Source: Rhynchopus sp. YZ270_cl-10 (Eukaryota). From it: a DNA stretch of 64,000 bases. Of this stretch, positions 1 to 11,746 are shown in pieces (within the stretch, counting starts at the first letter, position 1; each line of letters begins with the position of its first letter). The stretch is from assembly GCA_964035575.1 (NCBI GenBank), contig OZ037837.1:1426001-1490000 (forward strand), read 5' to 3'. The notes under the pieces are model-generated. The model was given only the letters and a program-made list of their open reading frames with translations, was not told the DNA's origin and did not search any database. Position numbers and translations under genes: made by a program.

Positions 1-170
1 TACTCTTTTTTTCGGACAGTGTTACTGTATTTCTTAGAGGTGGTTGTCGGGTGGAACAAAAACCACAACAGATTTGCGGAGCGAACGAAGCCTTCGTTTT
101 TCTTTTGATGATATTTCTTGAGGTGAGGAAGCGGCTCAATGGTTTTCAATATCTCCCCCATTTTTTTTTT

Positions 171-566
171 CGGTGACATGACACTTGTGACATATCGTAG
201 GAAATCTTTTAGTATGCGCGAAGACGATTCTTGTGCTCCTCATTCTCCCCCACACTATGTCAATACAACAGGTTAGACCGTTTGGTCTGGGAGGGTTTGG
301 GGTTTCTTCTTTCTCTCAGTTCAATCTTGAACAATTTCGAGAGGAGTTTTATTTATTTTTCAAAAAAAAAAAAAAAAAAAAAAGTTTAGAAGGGAGTAGG
401 TTTCATCGTCAGAAGAACCCACCCTATTCAAACCCAAACCTTTGTATTGTAGTGTGATCTGGGGTGAGGAAGCGTTCCAACTTTTCAACCTCTTCCCCAA
501 TTTACCTTTCACGCCTTTTTTACCCTCCCCCGTTTTAGAATCAACAGAGAGTGTACGTTAAGATTT
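171..566 (+). repeat. Composite dispersed repeat: module A (~115 bp, 171-286) plus module B (~115 bp, 452-566)
   Basis: Module A (cggtgacatgacacttgtgacatat...) recurs at 16557-16673, inverted at 61861-61964 and partially at 38610-38634. Module B (gtgtgatctggggtgaggaagcg...cgttaagattt) recurs at 23164-23278, 29564-29671 and 38634-38747, with a diverged inverted copy near 61765-61817. Confidence 0.8.
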
Positions 567-1214
567 TCCCCCTATCTTTTGAGATTTTTCATCCCCCTCT
601 CCCTCTCCCGTTTTTCAGAATCAACAACGTGTGTCCGTTACTCCCCCCACAAAAGGCTCTGGACAAAGACATAGAGCCTTTATCAGAGGGGTGAGCAATT
701 TGCGGAATAAGTGACAAGATTTTGTCTTTCGTATTCACTTACCAACGTATGAAGTTACGTTCTATTTTTGTTTTGTTATTTTTTTTGTTTTGCGCTGAAG
801 CCACCGGTCCAACCACGGACCACCCTCTATCCCATGAATGCTTCGTGCGTGAACCACTTTCCCTACTATTTTCAGTTGGCATTCTAGTTTCACCCTTTGT
901 GCATATGCCGCTTTTGTACGAATATGCAATACACCAGGACATACCATTACGCGATTCTTCGGACGTTGTGCGTCTTACCCTTTCCCCTTTTCCTCTTTTC
1001 CTCCCCCGTGTTTCACCTCTCCACGGTGCTCTTTGGGAATTGAGTTTTCGGGAATTTTTCGGGTCTTTTGTGATTTGAAAAGTGATGTGACGTAGACACA
1101 ATCTTGTCTGAGGATGCTGGCTACATAGAGAATAAGAAGAGAAAAACAAATTTAAACGCGTTCTTGGAGCTTTCGGATAGCTTTCTTTGGAACTCGGTCA
1201 ACGACTGTCAATAT

Positions 1215-2267
1215 GGGAGCGTCCGCGAAAGACCCCCCCCCCCCCCCTAAAGCTAACATCCATGCTTATTGGTATTTCACTAATTAAAATTTTGGTATTT
1301 TATAAGATTTTTTTTTACAATGAACTCAGAGTTAAGTTTCTGAGTTCATTAAAAAAAAATCGGTGAAAAATTCCGAGTAGGTATTAATTTAGATAGGAAA
1401 AGCTATGTCAGCAGCTATGTGTCCCCTTATTTTACCTGTAAATACTAAGGATATAGGAAGGAATTCACTAATATCTGTCTCTAAACCCATTATCAAAAAG
1501 GGGGGGAGGAAAGGGGGGTGGAGGCTTGTCGCCCCCTCCGAACACTCTAAATAGAGCGCGAAAGAGCTTCACGCTCCGGGTCGTCTGCGGCGATGTCGAC
1601 TTTCTCGCAGAAAACCCCCTTTTTTGAGTGACCCTATTGACCTCCGTGATGAGTCTCTCCAAGAGTTGCAGACAATTGTCCGCCTGTTCCTCCTCTTCCT
1701 CCTCCGTCTCGCTGTCACTGTCCTGAGGGTGTCGCTGATGCAACTACAGGAGTAGTAAACGGCGGACACCCCTTTTCTCCTGGTGGTTGTCTTCTGCATA
1801 TGGAGGGACATATGCTTCGAGCTACACACCTCGCGCATCCAGCTCCTCGCGCCCCACCCTTTGCCCCCCTGCCAGTGGACCCCTGCATACACCTGCAGCT
1901 CGGCGAAGTTTTTTAGGCCTCGGAAAGGCCGGGTTTTCAGCTCCTGAGCGAATGCTTTGGCTGGTGATTACATTTCCCCCTGTTGTGTTGTTCTATGGGT
2001 GGTTATATGGGTGTTTGTGAGGATTTCCTTGTATATCCTTAGTATTTACAGGTAAAATAAGGGGACACATAGCTGTTGACATAGCTTTTCCTATCTAAAT
2101 TAATACCTACTCGGAATTTTTCACCGTTTTTTTTTTTAATGAACTCAGAAACTTAACTCTGAGTTCATTTAAAAAAAAAATCTTATAAAATACCAAAATT
2201 TTAATGAGTGAAATACCAATAAGCATGGATGTTAGCTTTAGGGGGGGGGTCTTTCGCGGACGCTGCC
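1215..2267. mobile_element. Non-autonomous TIR DNA transposon with ~250-bp terminal inverted repeats
   Basis: ~1215-1463 is the near-perfect reverse complement of ~2025-2267 (gggagcgtccgcgaaagac... / ...gtctttcgcggacgctgcc). Flanked by ATAT on both sides (candidate AT or ATAT TSD). No transposase ORF recognised inside. Confidence 0.85.
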
Positions 2268-2797
2268 ATATTGAATCCCCCCCCACCGGAGCACCAGTTA
2301 TTAGTAAATAGTGAGTGTGGCAGTGTTAAAAACTTTTCATAAAACCCCGCTTTTCAAATGAACCCCCTTCGTGGTTTCGCCTCTCATTCCCCCCCTTCCT
2401 TACCCTTACCCCATACGCCCTTCCCTGCAGGATCTACTACCCTTCTCCCCAGCTGGTCAAGGGGAAGACCGCCGAAACTAAAAATTAACTTTTTTTACCC
2501 CACCCTTTTTTCTTGTTTCTACAAAAGGAGCGTTAATCAAAAGACCGAAGATAGTAAGTCTATAAAAACTCAAGCAGAGTTTAAAGCGATCTTTCTTATC
2601 CCTTATCTTTTGCAGTTAACACCAAAACTAAAAATGCCTTTTTATTTTCAGCAAAAAAATGAAATAAAACAAAGCGATCCAGAGAACCAACCAATTTTTT
2701 GTTATTTTGCCACCTTTTTTAACCCCCCGCTCCCAACCCCTCACCCCTTACCCCCCTCCTCCAGGATCCTACCCCTCTTCGCACCCCTCCTCTTCCC

Positions 2798-5488
2798 ATG
2801 CCCAACCCGATGGCGGGGCTGTCAGCAATACTGCTTATATCACTCTTTGTTTCTTCCAATGCTGCAACAGGATGGGGTGAGCGGGACCCTTCTGAGCGCG
2901 GCACCGTACGTGGTGCGGACATCGGCCTTCGTGCCCTGCGCGCTGTAGGGCGTGGTGGTGCGGGAGCGGAGCCCACTGCTCAGGTCCGTGCACAGGATAT
3001 CCTCAACTCATTCCTTCAAGGCATCGAGGCTGGTGCATATGAAGCTCCGCATGACGAATGGGAGGAGGTGTCGACGGCGACGCAGATTGCCCCGATCTTT
3101 ACAGAGCAGCTTGCGAAGGACATCATAGTCTCTCTTCTTGCGATGATTGCGACCATCAGCGCGTCTGCTAGCGGGATTGGCGGAGGTGGCCTGTTGGTGC
3201 CGATCTACCTCATAGTGATGGGCTGGAGCGTTAAGAACGCGGTGCCTCTGTCGAACGCAACCATCTTTGGCAACGCTGTCACGAATATCATCATCAACTT
3301 CCCGTTGAGGCATCCCACTGCGGACCGACCATTGGTGGACTTCGATCTGGCCTTGGTGCTTATCCCAATGGAGTTGACCGGAAGTCTGGTTGGAGTTCTG
3401 CTGAACATCCTTTTCCCTCAATGGTTGACATTGGTTTGTTTGTTTGTATTACTCATTTCGACTACCTACAGAACTTATCACAAAGGCAAAGCAACGTGGA
3501 TGAAAGAAAACAAGGAGAGAATGCAGATCGAACGCCGTGCTGCAGCAGACAAAGCGATGCCAGGGGACACCAAGGTAGTAATCATTGATGGCACAACAGA
3601 CGAATTCGAAGTCGTAAAAGGCGAGGCCCCAACGGTGACTGCAACGCGTCTGCGCTCCCTATGCAACGGTGGTGCCACCCAGCATGCTGTCGTGCACGAT
3701 GCAGAAGGAGGACAGCTCTCAGAGCTCTCCTATGCCTTAGTCGACGCAAACGCAACCTACACACTAACCTGGGTCGACGCCGTCTCAGAGCACACAGAAG
3801 GCAGTGTCGACTACTCCTTCCGTACCCGCAACACAGAACCCCTCACAGAAGGCAGCGCGCTCATCGTTCTTGACGTTCCCAGGGAGACGCGGCACCTCGG
3901 AAAAGGACAGCCGATAGACACCTGGTCGACGGAGATGGTTCTGTCGTGGGTGCAGACGTTCACAGACGCCTCCGACGCGTTGTGTGGGCGTATTGAAGAA
4001 CGCATGGTGAGTGGAACTGATCTGCTTGTCTGGGCGTCTAACGAAGATGTGGCACATGGCGACCTGAAGGGGCTGGGCGTAGAGGTGGAGAGTGATAGGG
4101 AGCTGCTGATATCGCATGTGACGCAGTTGAACAACGAGGACTACATGCTTCTGGTGCACAGTGCGCAGGACCTTCCATGGGGGAGCTGGAACCGTTCAGC
4201 GGAGTGGGTCGATGGTGATGAGCAGGAAGGTGGTCGTGATACTGATGGGTGGCTCAATGACGACCCAAACCATCCTAAGGTATGTCAAGAAATCTGGGGA
4301 GCAGCAATTGGTTTCAGAAATATGCTCTGTTGCAGCTTAGTTATTTGCTTTTTTGCTGTCGGTTGAAGCAAATTGATTCAATATTACCCTCATTTTGTTT
4401 TTTTCATTTTGTCGTATATTTTGCGTGGGTAGCGTACCAACTAACCACCAACCTGATTTTTACACACAACACAACAGTGCCGCCCTGCCACGTATCTGTC
4501 GAGCCAGGCCTACGTCAACGTACACGAATGGGACACTGCCGAGGTGCAGCGCTTCATCAGCAAGGTGACGGACTTCAACTTCGCTCTGAAGGAGGCGGTC
4601 CGCAAGCACGACGTCGGTGGGAGCGCGCTCATGGCACTCACGAGCGAGGACCTCAAGGGGCTGGGCGTGCCGCAGCTCGGCCCACGTCTTGCCCTTCTGG
4701 GTCGCATAGCCGAGCTGGACGCACTGCAGACGGCACACAGCAAGATCGTGGACTCCGAGCGCAACATCCCGTTCTCCACGAACCTTCTCGTTCTCTTCCT
4801 TTCGTGGCTGATGCTGCTTGTGTTGTCGCTGCTCAAGGGTGGTGGCAAGAGTGGCGGGCAGTCCCCCGTTGCAAACTGGCAGGGCAAGGAGCAGGAGGAG
4901 TTTTGCGGGTCACCCACCTTCTGGGTGCTCTGGTGGATCGGGGTGCCGGTGCTGGTGGTGGTGACGTATCTTGCAGGGAACTACCTCCTCAGCAAGCACA
5001 AGATGAAGGTCAGAACACACTTCGCGTTTCACGAAGGGGACATCAAATGGACGGAGCTCCGTGTGCGCATCTATCCTGCCGTTGTCATCATTGCAGGCGT
5101 GCTTGCGGGACTCCTTGGTGTCGGTGGTGCCATGGTGACTGGACCACTTATGCTTGAGATGGGCATGATCCCACGTGTGTCCACTGCCACGTCGTCGTTC
5201 CTGATTATCTTCACAACGGGTGTGGCTGCCATTGCGTATGTCTCGCTTGGACAGCTGAGAATCGACTACGCCATCTGGTTCGCGTTGATGGGTGCCGTAG
5301 GTGCAGCGCTCGGGTTGAACATCATCGGGATGTTGCTGAAGAAGTACAACAGACAGTCTCTCGTGATCTGGTCGTTGACCCTCGTCTTTGTCCTCGCAGC
5401 CATCATGAGTGTCGTGATCTTTGCGCTGGTCTTCACAAAGGACATCACCGAAGGGAACGATATGGGCATGAGAAGCGTCTGTGGATGA
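2798..5488 (+). CDS. TauE/SafE-family (sulfite exporter-like) membrane transporter with two inserted SAM domains; exons 2798-4279 and 4478-5488 (~830 aa)
   Basis: TauE-type motifs ASASGIGGGGLLVP and GVLAGLLGVGGAMVTGP with many hydrophobic helices. Phase-0 intron 4280-4477 (AAG|gtatgt...ctaac...acaacag|TGC) joins the two ORFs in frame. SAM-like segments IDTWSTEMVLSWV...DLKGLGV and VHEWDTAEVQRFI...GSALMALTSEDLKGLGVPQLGPRLALL. Confidence 0.85.
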
Positions 5489-8055
5489 AAAAGGGAAATG
5501 GTGGAGCCCTTGGGGTTTCCAAGATTACATATTTTCCAAGAAAATAAAAATGTTAGAAGCAGTGCCAGGGTGGGGTTGTTTCTTTTTGCAAACCACAATG
5601 ATGATCCTTTGTGGAAATCAATTTTAACTGCCTCCCGTTTTTCCGTTTTTCCGTTTTGATTCATTTTACGACTCCCCAGCCATTTCCCCTTTCTTTTATT
5701 TTTAGAAATCAACAAAAAACAAATTATCTTACCCCTGCTTACCCTTGAATACTGTCTTGCTGCGTGCACACAACGTGGCAGATGTCAGGGTTATTGCAGG
5801 GAGGTGTCTTTTACTCTTCAGATGTGTATGCACAATGAGGCATATTTTGATCTCTCAAACTTTCTATTTTACCTTCTATTCAGTAGAATAGTTAGTATAT
5901 GAAACAAACTTTCTGTTTTGTTTTCCATCCTCTCTTCTCAGGTGACGAATCAACACTCATGATCGTTGGACATCTTTTAGCTAGGGTGGTCAAAGCACAA
6001 GAAGCGTACGTTTATTTGAACAAAAATCTCTCTTTTTTTCATTTCATTTTAGATTCCTATAGATGTGTGTGCACGACACATTTCATCTTGACCCCCTTTT
6101 TGGTTCTCACGCTATTCTTTTACCCCCTCCTCTCGACAAAAGGCAAAATGGTGTATTGACGTTGTGCTGTGAAAGCTGACATCATCTCCTCATGCCTTCT
6201 ACGGTAGCATAGTGTCTGTTGCGTCACTAAAGCACATTGAGGTTTTGGTGCAATGCGATAGAAAAGCTAATTTTTATCCAGACCAAAAAAACAGCACCAC
6301 ACAGCTGTATCCCCACACAGTGGACCAGCAGGAGAAACCACTAGTGGACCCGATAGGTGAAATGACGTCAGGTGGAACCCTGTCGACCCCCACCTGTCTT
6401 CGTACCTCCTGCTCCACTGTGCCATTACCTCTGTACACCGCACCCCCGTTTTTATCGTAAAATCTCAATCGCCCGCCACCTCGCCCCAAGAGTCTCACCA
6501 CGCAGTGCTGCCCTCTACCTGTGTCACCTCTCAGAGCTAAGCAAGAGGAGAGGTCAGCAGTGACCTGGATTTATGTGTTTTGTGTTGTGCGGTACCTTCG
6601 CGTGTATCACAAACCCACCTCCGCCCTCCCCCCCACTTTCGCGGGAAATGTTTGTTTGTTTTGCGGATTTTGTGTTTATTTATGTTTACAGTTGAACGTC
6701 CTTGTGCTTTCTCTTCTGATTTGGAAAGTGTATGAAATGAATTGTTGACAGAAAACACAACTACCCAAAGCAAAGGAACACCCACACCACTATCATAATC
6801 AGTAAAAAGGCAAAAAAAAAACGAAAAGGTCATTTTTGTTGGAATGTTTTTGGCACCACCCTGCAAAAAAGAAGTCACACCCAACCCCTTCCAGACACCC
6901 CTGCACCCTCCCACCTCTTCGAAACACACAACATACAACATGGTGTCTGACACGCAGCCCACCGCACCACAGATGCCGAGCTGTGAGAACTGTGGCGTGC
7001 CTGCACAACTGCAGTGCGGGATCTGCACGGAGATGTTCTTCTGCGACACACCTGCGTGCTATGACGCTTGCCATGCAAGGCCACGTGACCGTGAGGCACA
7101 TCGCGCTTCTGTGACTCCTTACGGGACGTCGTCGAAGTGTGCACAGCACCCAGGCCAAGAGCTGTGCGTCGTCTGTGAAGACCCTGCGTGTGGGGACGCG
7201 TTGATCTGCTTGCGTTGTGCGTTCGTCGGACATACGGGACACAAGACAGCTGACATCACGGACTACATGAAACGCCAGCGTGACACCCTCTGCTCACACG
7301 TGGCAGACCTGACAGCACAGCGGACTGCTGCAGAGGAGAAGTGCCGTGTGCTTGAAGCACTCCCACCCACGGAGGACAGGTACAAAGACCTTCTCCTGCA
7401 GACACACGTCGGGCACCTCGTGATGCGTGAGGATGTGTCGCGCAGCGAAGTCGTGTGTGAGGAGGAGGTGGCACGGAGCTTCCTCACACAGGCACTCAGT
7501 CGTGAAGGGGAGGTGTGTGCGTTGAAGACGTTTGTTGCGAAGGCAGGACACATGATTGCTGAGTGTGAGGCGGTGTGCCAGCTTGGGGACGACCAGGTGC
7601 TGCGTGCGGTCACAGAGTCGCAGGCCGTTGTGCGGAGCATCAACAGCATGGCAGCGAGTGGAGACCGCCACCGCCTTGTGGGTGCTGCACACCCACACAC
7701 AACGTTTTCCCTGAAGCTGCCTGTTTCGAACGTGCACGACGCCCTTGCCCAGATGTCTGCGATTTTTGTGCCTGTCCTTGTGCAGGGGTTGGATGGAGTG
7801 GAACACGAGATTGAGGTGAGTGTGGATGACACGGGCAGGGACTTGCTTCGGAAGGTGGCGTCTGCAGTGGGGTTGCCTGAAGGCTGCTTCGACATGACTT
7901 TCAGAGATGAAGTGATTGCAGAAGGAGAGGACGTGGTGCAGCTGAGGGGTCACAGGGTTGTTCTAACACTCAAGACAGAGAGGACGAAGCAGTATGCCAT
8001 TGCAGCACTTCGTGCGTTGGGTGAGACAACACTTACATCAGAAAGGTTGGAGCAG

Positions 8056-8146
8056 CCCGACGGCGGACCGCCCCCCATAGCACATTTTTGCGGTGCACGG
8101 GCGTACGGGATTAGTATCTTTTTTTCGAGAGAACCCAAGAGCGGCC
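8056..8146 (+). ncRNA. Putative HDV-like self-cleaving ribozyme at the retroposon 5' end
   Basis: Pairings in HDV order: P1 8056-8062/8102-8109, P2 8065-8071/8141-8146, P3 8072-8074/8099-8101, short P4 ~8117-8130, J4/2 GAACCCAAGA. Confidence 0.5.
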
Positions 8147-8660
8147 AGGTCCTGGACAAGTACGTTGTGCTTTTAGACCTACAAACTGTCTGGGGTGGTG
8201 GGACCTCGGGGCGAAGGGTGCTTCCCGGGACCCCAATATCCTACCACAAGGAGCTCGAGTCGTGCATGGAATGCAGGGTACTCTGAGCCGATTACTTCCA
8301 CAAAACTCCCAGATCCCAAGACCTCCACGGGGGGCAGGCCTCCACGGTAACCCGCGACCGCCGACACCTTAGCTCCGTACTGCCTCTGTCTGTAACCTGC
8401 CGGTCCCCCACCTACCTACGCTTTTTGTGGTGTCTTTTACGACGGTGGACCAAGGGGCTTTGCAGTGCAGTCAACGCCGACGGAGCGAGACTCGATTGTG
8501 ACCGGGTGAAAAGGGAACCTTAGCCAGCGCTAACCAGCGGCAGTTTTGACTCAGGGAGGAGTTTCTCACCGCAGACTGGCGACACACCCCCCACTTTTTC
8601 GGGGTGGCTGCATTCCTCTTCGGAACGGGGTGTTCCATCCTATTTTTAAAAACGTTTATT
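8056..8660 (+). mobile_element. 605-bp short non-LTR retroposon-like insertion with 19-bp TSD
   Basis: atcagaaaggttggagcag is duplicated at 8037-8055 and 8661-8679; paralogs have one copy of the equivalent site. AT-rich 3' end. 5' end resembles the Ingi/RIME/L1Tc signature. Confidence 0.85.
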
Positions 8661-11600
8661 ATCAGAAAGGTTGGAGCAGGTGCGTGATCCGAAGGTGGCT
8701 TGCTTGCTCCTGCAGGCACAAGTTGCGACTGCTATTCCAAACAACTTCTTCTCGAGAACTGCAGTGACGTGGATTGATCTCAGTCATGCGTCTGCTGTGA
8801 CTGTGATTGGGGACGGGTTTCTTTGTGACTGCACAGCTTTGACCAAAGTTGACCTTAGTGGTTTGCAAGCTGTCACCTCGATTGGGCACATGTTCCTCCG
8901 TGGGTGCACATCATTATTGACAGTTGATATGAGTGGATTACAAGCTGTCACCTCCATTGGAGCCTGCTTCCTCTACGAGTGCAAATCATTGTTGACAGTT
9001 GATCTGAGTGGATTTCAAACTTCAACCGCCATCGCGCTGCATTTCCTCAGCGGGTGCTCATCATTGAAGACCTTGCATGGAAAGGACAAGTACAGCAAAG
9101 TTGTACTCAAGAAGCTCCCACAACATCTACGGTAGTGTCATTCACACTCACCTCAATCTCGTGTTCCGCCCCATTCATATCTGCACAAGTACAGTTCACT
9201 TTGCAGCAGTTGTTGTTGTTGTGCATCTTCACCCCTTGCACTGTGTGGTCAGCTGCACGACGGCTGCTCTGCACTGTGCTGAGGTGTGCTTCTTTATTAT
9301 TTTTGGGAGGTGGTGACAGAGTGAGGTGGGGTTTGTTGGGATGAGTCATACGAAACAATTGGGAGGATTTGAGAGGGTTGGCTGGGTGTTGTGAACAACA
9401 GAGCATTTCTTTGGGTTTGGGTGAGGGACGTTGAGGGTGGGGTCCTTCTTAGGATCAGAAGTGTGTCCACTAAATTGGTTTTCATTTTTGAGTTTTGGAT
9501 GTTTGGAACACTGCTGTGGGTTTCAAGCAGGTGTTTTGTATCTCTACGGATTCGTGGAGAACTGACCCTCTTTTCGTTCCCGTCGTGTGATACTGAGTGG
9601 AGTTGAGACTTTGGCCCAGTCTGGTTTGCGCTTCACCCTAGCACAGACGCCTCTATGAGGCTAGGGCTTGGCATCAGTCTTTGTTTTGTTTATAAATGAG
9701 GGTGGCTACTAACGTTTCATTGGTGAGGGGTGCAGAGGGGAGGGTAGGGGAGGGGTGTTTGTGTACGTGTGTAGTACCGGGATTTACAAAGAAATGTGAG
9801 GACAGAGTCTTTCAGCAAAGAACCCACACCCTGGGGAACGTGTGCTGTCTTGGCTGTGCTTTAATGAAAAAGGTACGTGTGACTAAGCAGAGTAGGCTTA
9901 GTTTTGTCTTCTCGTTTTTTTGTATTTTTGTCGCTCTTTTTTTCACCCCATTTTCCGCGATGCGAACTTCGTTGGAGTGTGTCAATGAGCCTCATCGTTG
10001 GGTGCAATGACGCGTGTGTATGATCAATATGCACGCGTTTTCTCAGGTCCGACAAGACCAATATGTTAACTGTAAACAAAAAATGCTATTTTTCCAGGAA
10101 AACAAAAAGGGAGATCATCGTGTTTATGAGGAGTTACTTAATAGCGGTTGGTCAGTGGAGTTCATCCTCGGGTGTCTACACTAATACAACCAAGTTTTCA
10201 AAAAGCACAACACATAAAGCCAGAGCAAAACAAAGCAGAACCAACCAAATTTAATTTTTATCTCCAAAACCCTTCACGTCACCCATACCTGAACTATTTT
10301 CCTGCTTTACTTCTTGCCCCCCTTTGAGCACAGCGTCTATTGTGACTGTGCAGCAGTTGCTGTCTAAGCAATACTGTCGCTGTGTCGTGGCGCGACGATC
10401 AAAACACCTTGAGTGTTTTGGGATGAGGTCCTGGGTTGAGACTTTGCACGTTGGGATGGTATCGCTGATTATTTGGTTTTGGGTGTCGTCAAGCAGGGTA
10501 CGCATACGCATCCGTCAGTTGGGCAACCCTTCGATGCAGTGCAGCAATGATCCTCATCGTTGTTCGTGCAGGTCTGTAAATACGTAAAGGCAACAAGCAA
10601 GAGCGTGCGTTGTGTGGGTTGTGTGTCATTTGGACAACCCCTTCGATGCAGTGCTGTATGTTACTACACACACTAGCTAGGTAGGGGTGCCGCTAGAGTT
10701 GCCTGCATGCTGTACACAGGCTTTCTGCATGACCTTTGGGTTAACACAACTCAAACGGGAAGTAGGTTACGTAAGAGGGGGTGCATGGGCACAGAGGGGT
10801 CAATGGTGTTAAGGGAACGGAGGGGAATCACAGTTCTTAGTGGAGGGTCACTGGGTGCACAAATCCTTTGTTGACAGGTAGTGGGGGAGGGTTTGCGTCC
10901 TGTGTGGCAGAGTTGCGAACATACAAGAGGACAACTGTACCGGAACGCAAGGGAGACGACTGCTCTTCTGAACGAAGGTGTTCCTCAAGAAGACGCTAAC
11001 CTTTTCCCGTCCTCCTTATTGTGAGTCTTGCTCGAAATTGCCGAGACTCTCACTCTGGTGCCTCTGAGGGAGACCCCCTGGCCCTCGGGCTTTATTTGGC
11101 ACCAAAACCACCCTCGTGCCTCTGCCTCGTGGCACCGTACCCCTCCAGGCGTAAAGTGTTTATGAGTATCGGGAATACATAGCTATCCAAAGCACCCCTC
11201 CACAAGAACACAGGATACCTGACGGGAGGGGAGATGGGGATGCAGTGTCTCAATGAGGTGACCCACCTCTGTACGCCGCACCCCCGTTTTTATCGTAAAA
11301 TCTCAATCGCCCGCCACCTCGCCCCAAGAGTCTCACCACGCAGTGCTGCCCTCTACCTGTGTCACCTCTCAGAGCTAAGCAAGAGGAGAGGTCAGCAGTG
11401 ACCTGGATTTATGTGTTTTGTGTTGTGCGGTACCTTCGCGTGTATCACAAACCCACCTCCGCCCTCCCCCCACTTTAGCGGGAAATGTTTGTTTGTTTTG
11501 CGGATTTTGTGTTTATTGATGTTTACAGTTGAACGTCCTTGTGCTTTCTCTTCTGATTTGGAAAGTGTATGAAATGAATTGTTGACAGAAAACACAACTA

Positions 11601-11746
11601 ACACCACTATCATAATCAGTAAAAAAGACAATAAAAGCGTGTGACACTTTTGTTGGAAAGTTTTTGTCACCACCCTGCAAAAAAGAAGTCACACCCAACC
11701 CCTTCCAGACACCCCTGCACCCTCCCACCTCTTCGAAACACACAAC

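Larger units (their letters stand above)
6940..9135 (+). pseudogene. Family A copy 1 (B-box/B-box/coiled coil/UBL/LRR), interrupted by a retroposon at 8056-8660
   Basis: Matches paralog 11747-13396 up to ERLEQ and resumes after the insertion (ORF 8671-9135) with the LRR part. Confidence 0.85.

Noticed and set aside
7263..7953. Long antisense ORFs opposite family A and B genes
   Set aside because: Shadow ORFs of GC-rich coding sequence, repeated only because the genes are duplicated.
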